NCBI GenBank assembly: GCA_964016885.1
Contig: OZ024742.1
Span: forward strand, 182,528,001-182,592,000
Length of the DNA: 64,000 nucleotides
Origin: Eledone cirrhosa
Lineage: Eukaryota
Direction: 5' to 3'
Translations under genes and position numbers: made by a program
In this document: piece by piece, positions 1-13,044 of the stretch
Layout of the letters: the number at the start of each line of letters is the position of its first letter
Position numbering within the stretch: position 1 is the first letter of the stretch
The notes under the pieces: model-generated
Databases searched by the model: none
What the model was told of the DNA's origin: nothing
The model's input: the letters and a program-made list of their open reading frames with translations, nothing else

Positions 1-57
<57 letters not shown>

Positions 58-142
58 GGGGTTACTAGTTAAGACTAGTAAGGCCATTGTTCAGCTTAGG
101 ACTCGATACTTAATATAATATGTGTGTATGTGTGTCTGTCTG

Positions 143-194
<52 letters not shown>

Positions 195-230
195 TATATA
201 TATATGTTTGTGCGTATATATATATATACA

Positions 231-266
<36 letters not shown>

Positions 267-300
267 TGTATGTATGTATGTATGTTTGTATGTTTGTATG

Positions 301-884
301 GTAACATGTATCCCCGTACAACCTGTCTCATGGTCGCGTCGTTGGCGACTAAACTGGCAACCCCACCAAGGTTTCTTGGTGAGGAGGGTGACTTTGGACA
401 TCCTGCAGGACTAAAAACAAAACCTGTCAAAGGGCAAAGGAGCTCTTAAGAGTCAATGGCCATCCAAAATCACCGGGAGAGATGATCCCTTAGCCTTTGT
501 CAAGGCAGAATTCTAGGAGAAGGAAAACTCTGATATAACACCTGCAACTCTGATGGTATCCAATGATGTTGACTTGTTCTTCTTTTTGGTAAATATCATC
601 TTGGTTAAGAGAGTGGGACTGGCTTTGTGCAGTGCTTTTGCTCACTATAAAAGCTTCATGGCACAGGCATTCCTTTATATCTGGAGATCTATCTGCACTT
701 GTCGCCACATGGTACCATGGACCCAGCACTATGTGTCAATAATTGTCACAAGTGTAGTGTTTGTACCAGAGTTTTCAAGTCGCTGGCTGGACTAAAAAGT
801 CACACTCGTTCAGCGCATCGGTAGGGGTTCTCCTACACGGATATAAAGTAGTGGCCGTACTCTAAAACGAGTTGGCAGCCACCA
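301..884 (+). mobile_element. RTE-derived non-autonomous retroelement (RTE 5' UTR fused to RTE 3' end)
   Basis: Carries the RTE-type 5' UTR motif CTAGGAGAAGGAAAACTCTGATATAAC. The 3' part encodes a C2H2 finger like the C-terminus of RTE ORFs. Bases 597-880 recur inverted at 24570-24832. Confidence 0.7.
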
Positions 885-1404
885 TGTTTGTATATATAGC
901 CTTGGGTCCCAAAAAGTAGGGGGAGGGAGGATAAGTGGGGTGGGTATGTTGGAAAATTGATAATTTTTCTAGGATGTCGACCTTGATTTTTTTAAAACAA
1001 AAATTTGTCGTTTAGTTTACATATTGAGAACCTAACCCATCCTATTTATTTTATAACGTATACGATTTTTTATAATGTCATGAATAATATTTTTTTTATA
1101 ATGTTGTCATGAATAACATATTTAATGTCATGTCTAAAGAAAATTAATTGTCACAGGAATGCTACCACTTAAAATAAAATTTCGCCGGAGATAGATTGGT
1201 AAAATTTAATAAATGCGGGGGAGACGGTGAATAAGAGCTGGTGGATTGGAAAAAAATCTGAAAAAAATCTGAAAATCTGAAGCGATGGGTGGAACGATTA
1301 CTCGGGACCGGCTAAAGTGGAAGATGCTAGATGGTCGGTCGTCCTCGGGTCTATGATTTTCAGCCCCATGGATTTTATCTGTTACATTCATTTATTATTT
1401 TCGA

Positions 1405-1462
1405 ATACCTGATGATATCACCGGATTCATACGGAACCCGGTCATTGAAATGATCATAGTAT
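1405..1462 (+). ncRNA. Type I hammerhead ribozyme (family A)
   Basis: ATAC-CTGATGA(1409)-stem II (ACCGGATTC/GAACCCGGT)-GAAA(1447)-TGATCA-TA-GTAT, then AATAAA at 1463; (TA)n starts at ~1514. Confidence 0.75.
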
Positions 1463-1509
1463 AATAAACCTTTCAAGGATTTACACAAGTTCAGCCTTCT
1501 GTGTTATTT

Positions 1510-1565
<56 letters not shown>

Positions 1566-2029
1566 CATATATATACACACACACACAAGTGCACTCACAC
1601 ATACAGATATAGATATATACACAGGCACACGCACGCACACCCTTACACTGACACACATATAGATGCTTTATCCCTCTGTTTGGCTGCCTATGTATATGTG
1701 TGTATGTACGTATGTGTATGTGTGTCTGTGTTAAGCATGCTCAGTCTGAATATGAAATGAGCCTTGATGTTTTACCCGCAACTTGTCGACAAAATGGCAG
1801 AAAGGAAAACAAAAGCCATAGGTATTAAAACGAACCTCAGTTCAATCTTTATGGCGCCCCTTACGACCCTATATGTCATGGGAATCGTCACTAATAGCTT
1901 TTTAGCAACCACTTTACCTCAAACTATCCATATTGTTTTTTTCTGCATCTGACTCTCTTCCTTTCTTCCTGCCTCCCTCTCCCCTCTAGCTCCGCATCCT
2001 GCTTCCTTCTCTTTTCTTCTCCCTCTAAC

Positions 2030-2224
<195 letters not shown>

Positions 2225-2244
2225 CTCTCTCTCTCTCCCCCACA

Positions 2245-2277
<33 letters not shown>

Positions 2278-4184
2278 TATATATATATATCACTATCTTT
2301 CTCTCTCTCGGTCTACATTCCTATGTATATCTCTTTCATTCTCTCTCTCCCTCATTCCTTACCCTTATCTCTCAAGCGCTCTCATTGTTCCTTCAATAAA
2401 TCACAATATTCTTATTTTGTGTTTGCTTTATCTCTTGTTTTTATTTGTATTCCTCTTCCTTCTCCTCCTCCTCCTCCTCCTCCTTTTCTTCTCCTAACCG
2501 CCAACCCAGACCGATTCCCACTGACCACGCCACAGACGTACGACAGCCGTACTACGTTATAAAGACCTTAATTATTACCCCGACCTAGCTATTACGTAGT
2601 TCACTTTCATTGGTCCGTTCTTTGCGTTGATGTCGTCTGCTCCTTTCCATTATTTTATATCTATAATGGGACAGTCATTCATTCAGACAATTGAAATGAC
2701 TTGATGACCTTTTTTTACTCCTTCTCTGCCAGACATTACTTTCTCTAGTTTCTTAGCCCCTATTATTTTTTTATATAAGTCAACCAAACTTTATTGCATC
2801 AATGGAAGAGAGAAAAAGAGAGAAAAAAAATTTATGAAAAAAGGGAGAAGGAACAGAAATGTGGAAGGGGTAAAGTCTACACCCTAGGCTGGGCGGTATT
2901 ATCTCAGCTATAGCCCCTATTAACCAGTATTATAGAAATCACAAAGTATTTATTTGCTCGCTTGTTTATTGAATCTCTTATACAATCATCTTTCATTGTT
3001 CGTTTCACTAAAGTAAAATATGTCTTCTACTCCCTCCACATACAACTTCATTTCTTTCTTTCTCCAGCCACCCATATTCTTTTTACTATTTTTCTCAGCC
3101 ATCTTTTAGAAACTTTCACAATTTATCTTTCTTTCTTTGACCCTGTCTCTCTTTATCTCTCCCTTTATCTTTTCTATCTCACCTCTTTTATGCCTTCTTT
3201 CTCTTTCTGTCTCTCTTTCTTCTCCCTCTGTGTCTTTTCTTTCTCTTTATCTTTTTTAGACTTTTCCTTTCTCCCTTTCTCTTTCTTTATCCCTCCCTCT
3301 CTCTCTGTCTTCGTAGCCCTATTTTATCTTATTTCTTATCAACGTTATATCTCACATTTTGTTCTCCCTTTTTCATTCATTTTTCTTCATCTCCCTTTCA
3401 ATTCCTCATAATATTATTCTGTCACCTTCTCACATTCTATCTTCATCTTCTATTTACAGCCGCAAATCAAATAAAACTAAAAAGAAATCCCAAATATTAC
3501 TGTTATATGTGTTGTTATTACTATTAGATAGGTGTTCAATATAACCATTGTTGTTTAATGTGATGATCTTAGAAGCAAAATAGAGTAGCGATGTGAAAAG
3601 TCTGTGATTCAATTTCTGTTTCTACTACTCAATATTTTACTACAGTTATTTTTCTAAAAAAAATGAGTGAATTGGCAAAGTCGTTAGTAGCAAAGGTGTT
3701 TCGGGATTGGTTTCAGTTCATTGCGATCAGGTTTCAAGTCACGCCGTGGCCAACTTCACTTTTTATCTTTGCGAGATCTATAAATGAAATGCCAGTTCAA
3801 TATTGTGGATAGTTCTTTCTCTAGCTCTCATTCTTTCATTCTCTCTATTCCTCTTTTCTCTGGAAGCAATCGAGGTCGATAAATAAAGCACCAGTCGAAT
3901 GCTAGGGTGGTTCTATTATTCCGTTCTCTGGAAGAAATCGGCTGTGTTCGACCTGAAGAGGGATGGGCTCCGCAATGATTAAAGATGCCTAAATATGTCG
4001 CTACAGTACTCCCACGACTCCATCAGGAGTTAAGGGCCCTTTACGGTGCTTTACATTTACTTATTTCTCTAATAATGTTGATAAAAACTGACAGTTTCAT
4101 TTCCATTCCTCTGTAAATATGGCACCTTTGTAAGTTCATGAGAAATACGACATTCGTTTGTTGCTGCGAGTGAAGTAGACATGG

Positions 4185-4490
4185 TGAAAGTACCTGGCTT
4201 AGTTGTTAGAGTGTTCGGCTAACGATCGTGAGGCCATGAGATTGGTTACTGGCGGTACATTGCAGCCATGAGCAAGACACTTTATTTCACGCTGCTTCAT
4301 TTCATTCGGCTAGAAAAATAGATTAGTGCCTGTAATTCAAAGATCCAGCCATGATGCTGAATCCCCCTGGGAATTGCATTATTGGTACTCGTGTCTTTGG
4401 AATGTTCAGTCAGTTGCACGATAATCACACAAGCAAGCTATTCGGTTAACCAAAGAACAGGAACACTCGTCACCGAAACAGAGGAAGCTC
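4185..4490 (+). mobile_element. Second tRNA-derived SINE family, diverged copy (others at ~21150-21415 and ~29925-30195)
   Basis: A-box-like TGGCTTAGTTGTTAGA and the motif TGAGCAAGACACTTTATTTCA shared with 21238-21257. Confidence 0.65.
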
Positions 4491-6309
4491 CAACACGGAT
4501 ACCGTTCAAAAAGTAGAATGCAGATAGATTGTTCTAATTTCAATAAGAAGTATATACCAAAGCGCTACTTTATTTATTTATTTATTTATTTATTTATTTT
4601 TTCTTAGTTAGTTAGAGAGGGAATGGCAATACCCCTAACCCTAACACCCAAGATTGGTGCAAGGGATGAAAAAAGTATCCTCAAACCTGGGCTCCAATGC
4701 CCGCAACAGAAAGGACTCCCCTTAAGGCATCCAGCGTGATGTTAAACCGAATAACTCACTGTTGTAGCTTCTTTAATTTCAGAGGTTAAAAATTGTGTTG
4801 GTGGAAATAGAGACGTTGTAGGAAGGAGTCCCATGGTAAGATATCACGAAAATAAAAAGAAACTAATGTTCTTGATGATGTGTAGTGGAAGACTTTACAA
4901 AAACCCCAAACGATCTTCTTAAACTGTTATGTCACCGCAAACCAACATAATTCATTTCCTTTCTATTTACCTCGTATCAAATAATTTGTTTTATGTTGTT
5001 ATTGTTGCGTCTTTGCTCCTGGTAGATCTCTTTAATTAGAGGCGTTTCGGCTACGACTACCCTATATTTTCAGACAGTGTATCTAAGATTACATCATCCA
5101 ATGTGCCCTCTGTTGTTTTTAAGACGGGAGAGTAATATTTTGAATGGACGTTTTTACAGCTTTTTTTAACAAATTGAACGACCATGTAAATGAACCATCG
5201 TTGGCATATTTAACCTCTTTGCTACTTAGTTGACCCGAGTTCGAAATGCGTTTGGATCAATTTTTAATTTTCTGTCTAGTAGCTATAGTTCGGAACGTTG
5301 CAACATAATGCGCTCGGTCCCCTTTCCATCAAATTGCTAGTCTTGCGTCAAATGTAGAAACAATTATTATTATTATTATAAGTATTACTATTATTGGATT
5401 GTCAATATTGGTAGAGCATTGGACAAGATGCTTTGTAACATATAGTTACGGTCCTTAGTTCACAGCCCGCTGAGGTTAGTTTTGCTTTTCATCTTTACAG
5501 TCGATAAAATAATGTACCAAACACTGTGGTTGATTTAATTAATCTTCCTTCAAATTGCTGGCCTTACGCTAAAAATAGAAATAATTATTATCATTTTTTT
5601 AGGAACAGTTAATTTTTGTACAAACAAATCTCTATTTCTAATTCGAATCTAAATCCCCAATCATTTCCTATTTTCCTTCCTGAATAAACGAATGTGATTT
5701 CAGGTCCAAAAACATGTCCCTGCCCAAGATTAGATATGTCTTCTAATGAATATTTATTGCTTTAAATTATTAAAACCAATTTTCTATTAAATATTTGATA
5801 AATACAATTGAATAAATATTGATCCTGTTAGATAAGCACAGAACCACCAGTGGAGTAAATATTGATTTAAATATTGTCAGAGTTTTCACTTTTATGGAAG
5901 TATTATCACAATGTTGACTTGTGAGAGAGAAAGAGTTCTTGTTTATATGAGAGTATTAATAAAACATTGATTTATGTATTTCATGAGAACCAAGTCTACG
6001 GTAACAAGTTGTGTATAATTATTGCAACATCAGTATATTCCATCCATCCTCGGATTCTTAACTCTGCAGTGAGTCGTGGGGGTGCGGTAGTCAAATATGC
6101 GTATCTTGGGCATTTAAACATGGCAAAGCCCATCGTTCTCTAGGTGTGAACACAGTGATACACACTCGCCGCCGATCAATATATTACAGGTGTAAAAGAT
6201 GACTGTCGTATGCCAAGTTAATGTCCAGATATTTATATCTTGGGTAGTTTCTTATTCATGATTGACACCACTGAGTATGAACATTACAACTTATTACATA
6301 TATATATAC

Positions 6310-6427
<118 letters not shown>

Positions 6428-6465
6428 ATATATATATGTATATATATATGTAATAAGTTGTAATG

Positions 6466-6508
<43 letters not shown>

Positions 6509-6510
<2 letters not shown>

Positions 6511-6700
6511 CGAAGGAAATGTGGTAAGGAACCTGGTGGACCATAACGCACCAAAGTACTCAATACTTAGGGTGGTAGAGTGGGTAATAGGAACGAGTAG
6601 GACCCCGGCGGCTGAGCTCAAGCCGTTTCGACGGCTAATTCTGGAGTCCAGAATTAGCCGTCGAAACGGCTTGAGCTCAGCCGTCGGGGTCCTACTCGTT

Positions 6701-6705
<5 letters not shown>
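6509..6705 (-). mobile_element. TA-anchored short element ending in a 59-bp-arm foldback (family X) with the 3' half of a hammerhead
   Basis: Palindrome 6587-6705 centred on 6646 contains GAAA-CGGC(loop)GCCG-TC-GGGG. Homologues at 45485-45603, 48695-48875, 43517-43585 and 7604-7646. Confidence 0.7.
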
Positions 6706-6775
<70 letters not shown>

Positions 6776-6814
6776 AACTTTGTCTCACATGAAATCTGAT
6801 CTATATTTATTTAA

Positions 6815-7350
6815 TGGATTGTCTCAGACAACCAAGTCGATAGGATGGTAGCCTTCATTTCCAGGCGGTGAGTGGTTCATATCTTAACACTTAACATCCT
6901 GTAATTGAGAAGAAAATATATTCAAATGGGTGTAGTATTTTTACTAGTAAAAGGATCTTTGTGAACATTTGTAGTATTGGAGTAAATACTTCAATCTTTA
7001 ATGTGATGCTGTCATAGTGTTGTTTCATATTTTCAACAATATTTTGCTAATGGGATTCAAGTGGTACAAGAGGTAAAGGTGCTGTTTTGCATTTATGACG
7101 TAGACAACATTCAGCTATACTAGGCGTGTACGGAGGTAGCATGGCATGGAAAGAGTGGAAGTTAGTATCTCCCTGCCTTATAACCATTAGGAAAGCAACT
7201 AGGGAGGCATGGAGTGTCATATTTGCTTGTACTACTGAGATAGACGGGCATCCGGTCCAAGAAAGATATACCAGAAATGAAGGCTATTGAACTAAGTACG
7301 GTGAAACATCTAGTGTTATTCAACCTGGTTTCGATATTTCCCACCTTCCG
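6815..7350 (+). mobile_element. Degenerate Ty3/gypsy pol relic (RNase H to integrase start)
   Basis: Fragments in order VAFISRR, HPVIEKK, ECHIC and KHLVLFNLVSIFP resemble the RNase H VAFxSR/YxxIEKE motifs, the integrase CxxC and GKHYLVLVDYYSRFP; many stops and frameshifts. Confidence 0.45.
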
Positions 7351-7424
7351 GGTGTCTACCACCGGTCAAGCAAATATAAAACTCATTGGCACTGATCGCA
7401 GACACACTGACACACACATTATAT

Positions 7425-7529
7425 ATCCCGCCGAGGTTAACTTTGCCTTTCATCCTTACGGGGTCGATAAAATAAAGTACCAGTAATGCACTGGGTAATT
7501 GCTGGCCTTGTGCCAAAAGAAGAAAGAAT

Positions 7530-7530
<1 letters not shown>
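7425..7530 (+). mobile_element. tRNA/Nin-domain SINE, 5'-truncated
   Basis: CCCGCCGAGGTTAACTTTGCCTTTCATCCTTACGGGGTCGATAAAATAAAGTACCAG matches the other copies. Confidence 0.9.
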
Positions 7531-7597
<67 letters not shown>

Positions 7598-7709
7598 TGT
7601 GTATTGGAAACGAGTCAGAACCCCGACGGCTGAGTTCCGGTCAGCTATATGTAAATATATATGTATATGTAAATATATATGTAAATATATATGTATATGT
7701 GATATATAC

Positions 7710-7743
<34 letters not shown>

Positions 7744-7831
7744 ACACAGATACACAGATACACACACACATATATATATATACTAATAAGAAGAAGGGTG
7801 AAGTGTTAGATCTTCATTACGTTTATTGAGG

Positions 7832-7915
7832 TGTGTCGCACGTTTCGCGATTGATCAGTTCAAGGCTCGATCTTATCGATCTGGCCCGACTGTGGAATCA
7901 AAAGCTCGTCGGACT
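7832..7915 (-). ncRNA. Decayed long-stem-II hammerhead (family C)
   Basis: Homologous to 60226-60310; the core reads CCGACGA...GAAA CGTGCG AC, mutated at the core and cleavage site. Confidence 0.6.
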
Positions 7916-8006
7916 TTTGTTATGGTAATGACAGAATCTGGTGAACTTACAATAACTGGAAAAAGATGAGTATTGACGTTCTGCTCACTGTTTCAAAACA
8001 TACTTA

Positions 8007-8270
<264 letters not shown>

Positions 8271-8410
8271 GGAGGTGAGTTTTATTGTAGTACAATAAAG
8301 CAATGCAGATATCGGATAAGAAGCACTCTACAGTTTGTAGGACTGGAGTATATGTTGAATTAAAACTGCACTATTCACAAGTGTGTTTTAACCTTCATAT
8401 CATGTCTCCC

Positions 8411-8481
8411 TATTTTATCTGACGAAAACGCAAATGTTATTGCATGATGATATTTGTTTTTGAAATGCGCATAATAAAATA
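8411..8481 (+). ncRNA. Type I hammerhead ribozyme
   Basis: TATTTTAT-CTGACGA(8419)-long AU-rich stem II-GAAA(8462)-TGCGCA-TA-ATAAAATA. Stem I is a perfect 8 bp; the element lies between TA tracts (8269-8512). Confidence 0.8.
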
Positions 8482-8546
8482 CATGGAACTCTTTTAACCA
8501 TCTTTTGATCTTATATATTATATATATATATATATAAGTGTATATA

Positions 8547-8617
<71 letters not shown>

Positions 8618-8631
8618 ATATATATATATGA

Positions 8632-8663
<32 letters not shown>

Positions 8664-9679
8664 GTGTGTCTGTATCTGTGTGTGTGTGTTCATTGCTGTT
8701 TAGAATCGTTTCTCTTTTCAAATGCACTTAAGTAAAGCACGGGAGACTCAACTTTCCTTTTCTATCTATTCATTCTTTTTTTTTAAGAGAGATGGGGGGG
8801 GGGGGTACTGAGATCAATGGAGCTAATCACTCATTGATGAATACCTTTAATCCTTAAATGTCAAGTAATTGATTCTGTTTAGCAAGCTCACGTGAGAGAG
8901 ATGAATATTGATTCGTTATATTTTTGTGTTTTGCGTTGACAAAAGCCCTAAATGTTACTGAAGGAAAACCGTTTATGTCACCGTCAAAGACATCGAATTG
9001 GTTACAATCAACAATCAAAATGGAGTCAAGCACTCGTCTCGACTGGAGTTTACTATTTTTCTATTTTTACCGCACAGCGTGATCTTTTGATGATATTGAT
9101 AATTTTTTTTTTTATCTCTTGCTGATTGTTCCGTATGAGTCTCTCTCATCTCCCTCTTTCTCTCTCTCCCTCTTTCTCTCTCTCCCTCTTTCTCTCTCTC
9201 CCTCTTTCTCTCTCTCCCTCTTTATATATATATATATATATGTTATATATATATAATGTATATAATGTAAAAGTAAACTAATTTAACTGTATCAAATGAA
9301 AAAGGAATAAACGAATCAACAGGAAATCTAGATTCAAATAATTTGTATTCCGAAACGTTATATATTACCGTTTTTTCAATCCCAAGAGCGTCAAAATAAT
9401 ATTCTCAATTTGTTCCATTGTTCATTATATATATATATATATATATATATACACGTGTGTGTGTGTGCGTGTGTGTGTGTGTATATATAAATAGTGTTTC
9501 TTATAACAGGAGTTACGCAGAACAAAATAGTGGGGAACGTACGTATAATCGACAAAATTTATCCTTAGACAATGGTCATCTTGTTTCGCTCTGGGGAGCT
9601 GCTCAATGAAGTAAAATTTTACTTCTGTGCAACTCCCGGGGGCGAAAGACTATGATCATTCTGCAAGTATAAATTATGT

Positions 9680-9761
<82 letters not shown>

Positions 9762-10619
9762 CGTATGTATATGATGTTTAATGTACTTCTCTAGGCGCTG
9801 TATCTCAAGCGTATATACAACCTGACAACATTAATTTCCTCTTAAGTGAAAACGAGGCAACGTTCCCTGCTTGGCTCAAACACGGTCACTAGACGAGAGT
9901 AGATACGGACCTCATAATTCAATCAACAAGCCTACACCTTAGACACTCAGTTATTTTATCAATACAATAACTAGATAACAACATCAACAACAGGACCCCC
10001 ACTACCACCACCACCACCACCAACAACGACAACAACAACAACAACAGCAACAATAACAACAAAAGCGATGATAAAATACATGACTTATAAAATACAACAA
10101 AATCTAAATAACGTCTCTGGAGACAGAAAACTGAATCACTAAATGACTAAAAAATATAGGAAAAATTACAAATAACATTATTGTTTTGGTCAACACACTC
10201 TTACCCTCCTATATTAACAAAATCGATTTTTCTATAAAAACAGACATAAGAGAAATACAATCAATTAGGCGGTTTGGGCGGATGCGCGTGTTGTGTATGT
10301 TTTGAGTGTGTGTGTGTGTTGTGTGTATTTGTTTTGTGCGTCTTGTGTTTATTTGTGTGTTAGTATACGTTGTTTGTGTGTGGGGTGTGTGTTTATGGAG
10401 TGTGTGTATTTGTGTATGTGCGTCCTTTGTGTATGATGTTTGTGTTGTGTTTGTGTATGTGTGTATATTTGTATTTGAGACTGTGTTTTATTATGTGTGT
10501 GTATATATGTGTGTTTTGCGCGAATGCGTGTGTCTTGCGTTTGTGTCTCTGTGTGTGTGTATATATGTATCTTTCTCTTTACATCTATGAACCTAACAGT
10601 ATTTACATCTATTTGAACC

Positions 10620-11080
10620 TAACAGTAACATCGGAAGATCTGGTGAAAGATGTTGCTGTTGTAGTCAGCTCTATTAAGTAAGACTATGTTCTGTGAAAAA
10701 TATAATAGTTGCTTACCTCAACTTCACGTGCCGGGGTTATATGAGCAGACTTACTAAGGGGAAATAATTTGTTTTAAATTATATTTGTGGAGGGTCATGT
10801 TGTCCTAATATTGCCAGTAAAACAAATTGCTTTTTTCTCGCTTTCACACGATTGGTGAGGCTGTTAATGAATTTGATAATTTTCCTGGACTGCTGACGGT
10901 TGATGTATAGAAGGAGGATATATTGACACGTAGAAGAGGAATTCCTCGGAACGATAGGACAGTGTGAGCATATTTGGTGCGAAGTTCATAATAAAGCTGA
11001 GGCTCAGTAGTGCTGATAAGAGATGGGATGGGTGTGTGTGTATTAAGGTGGTAGACATAAGTTAAGTTAAGTGGTTGTTG
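10620..11080 (-). mobile_element. Degenerate Penelope-like ORF, N-terminal relic
   Basis: LLSALLSLSFIMNFAP (cf. LLSxGLNFAP), then HITPA and NIVLLNRADY (cf. IIxPADKGxxxVILNRxDY), in PLE order. Confidence 0.45.
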
Positions 11081-11247
11081 TTGCTTAGGGCATTGTAATT
11101 TGTTGAAAAATCAAGCTATATAATTAGTTTTTAGAGGGTGAGAGAGAAACAAGCTTGATACATGTTTCACAAGGAGTTATGGATTAGGGTATACAAACAC
11201 ATATACACACATTATATATATATATTTATATATTATTATTATTATTA

Positions 11248-11428
11248 TGGCAGTATCGGTAGAGGGTCGGATGCCATGCTTTGACGCATAGCGTTACGGC
11301 TCTTGCCATTCTGAGTTCAAATCCCGCCAAGGTTAACTTTGTCTTTCATCCTTACGGGGTCGATAAAATAAAGTACCAGTAATGTACTGATATTTGCTGG
11401 CCTTGTGCCAAAATGTAGAAACAGTTAT
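11248..11428 (+). mobile_element. tRNA/Nin-domain SINE
   Basis: A box TGGCAGTATCGGTAG, B box GAGTTCAAATCC, Nin-like core, GTAGAAACA end. Confidence 0.92.
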
Positions 11429-11596
11429 TATCATTATTATATATAGGTATTTAGGGGCAAGTTAATTGCGTCCATATGCGGTATGCATCTCGATGCTATT
11501 GGGGAGCACTCGATGCTATTGGGGAGTAGAGTATCAATAGTATGAATATGTAAGGTAACAAAGAATCAGTGTTGCATCATATACATATCTAATTAT

Positions 11597-11684
11597 ATAT
11601 TACATATGTTTCACTGTCGATCAGCTCGAGGAACGATGCATTAATGATCGAACCTGACTCTGGAATCTGAAGCTCCTCAGATAT
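11597..11684 (-). ncRNA. Type I hammerhead with ~60-nt stem II (family C)
   Basis: Reverse complement reads ATAT-CTGAGGA-GC...GT-GAAA-CATATG-TA-ATAT. Confidence 0.75.
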
Positions 11685-11737
11685 GTTTTAACATGTAGAT
11701 GCGAGTCCACTGCGTGATAAAAAAAGTAGTAGGGTTG

Positions 11738-11774
<37 letters not shown>

Positions 11775-12572
11775 TACATACAAATATACATACACCCCGA
11801 CCCACCCGTATATATATATATGCACATGCGCACAACAGCATTTATCTACATTTATTAACCGTGAAGTTCTGAAGACCACCAACGTATGTATGATGAAGTA
11901 GTCATTTAATGGATTTAGGTATTGGTCTTGTACAATTAGGTAATAGTTTAGAGATAATGTTGCTATTTGCCCCAACATTTCACAGGTTTTTCTTCCAGAA
12001 ATCTGGAAAACGCCTAAGTTGTTTACTAGACTGCATTATTGGGTGTTGACTTCTTCTTTAATTTTGCTATTAATACAGCTGCTGCAACTGACAGTCTAGC
12101 ACATTTTAATACTTTCGTTGCCATGTTACTAATCAAATACTTAGTACTTTAATTAATCAATTAAGAATTTGAAAGGTTTTACTAAAATTTGTTGTAAGAC
12201 AACAAAATGTTCTTATATAAACTTATGTAGAAAGCTTTAATTTAAATACGAGCCTATTAAAATGGGGGATTGTTTCATCGAGACAGACAATTTTGTTGAC
12301 GGTTTATTATCAAAAGTGATCAGGGAGAATTTTGTATACGACGATCGAGGTATCAAAATAATGTTGTTGTTTTTAATGTATAGTGTTTTTTCTTTTGTTG
12401 TTTTTGTGTTGTGTAATATAATGTGTTGCGGTTGCTGATTGTTGAAAGAAAAAATGGCAGAGTCAACGGTCAAACATTTCAAACACGACCTTTACAATGT
12501 CAACATTGATAAAAAACACAACACTATGCGAATTACTTTCTTTTTTTTTTTTTTTTGCTTATATTCACTTAC

Positions 12573-12657
12573 ATAAATTGTAAATAACAAACGCCACCAC
12601 CAACCAAAACATCTTCCAGAAGATAAGACCGGAAATTCTAGAAATATCGATAAACAT
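12573..12657 (-). CDS. Candidate first coding exon encoding a signal peptide (MFIDISRISGLIFWKMFWLVVAFVIYNL)
   Basis: Non-repetitive hydrophobic peptide from ATG 12657 or 12612, ending at a consensus donor GTAAGTG (12572-12566) in phase 1. No downstream exon was identified in the window. Confidence 0.35.
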
Positions 12658-13008
12658 AGGAACTTGACGGTTCCAAACAAAATATGAAAGACAAAAAAAA
12701 AAAAGGAAATATAAAACATCTTTAATAAAAGAGATAAAACTCGGGCTCATTCATAAACTCACATACAAACACTGACATAATTGTACACAAGGACACATGC
12801 ACAAACACATATTTACACACAGGCGTATATGTGCATATGCAGACACAGCACAGACAGATACATTAATATATACTCAATATATTGAAGAATTCTTGTATGT
12901 TTACCAGTCAGTAGAACGGGGGAGTTATTGAAAGAGAGAGAAAAAGGAAGTTATCTAGAGACAGGAAGTGATGCAAAGAGGTAGACAGAGGGAGAGATAG
13001 ATAGATAA

Positions 13009-13044
<36 letters not shown>

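Noticed and set aside
301-360. Possible HDV-like ribozyme at the RTE 5' end (TCCCCGT loop, GG, hairpin, CTAA)
   Set aside because: The 5' strands of P1 and P2 cannot be found and the spacing is off; a full-length family consensus would be needed.
3950-3985. CTGAAGA-GGG...TCC-GCAA
   Set aside because: No GAAA, stem III or stem I pairing.
10711-10760. Minus-strand mini-exon with an AG|GTAAGC donor
   Set aside because: The phase is incompatible with the 12.6-kb exon (stop codon) and it lies inside a Penelope-like ORF relic.
11248-11330. tRNA genes at A/B-box motifs
   Set aside because: These are SINE heads; no cloverleaf can be formed.
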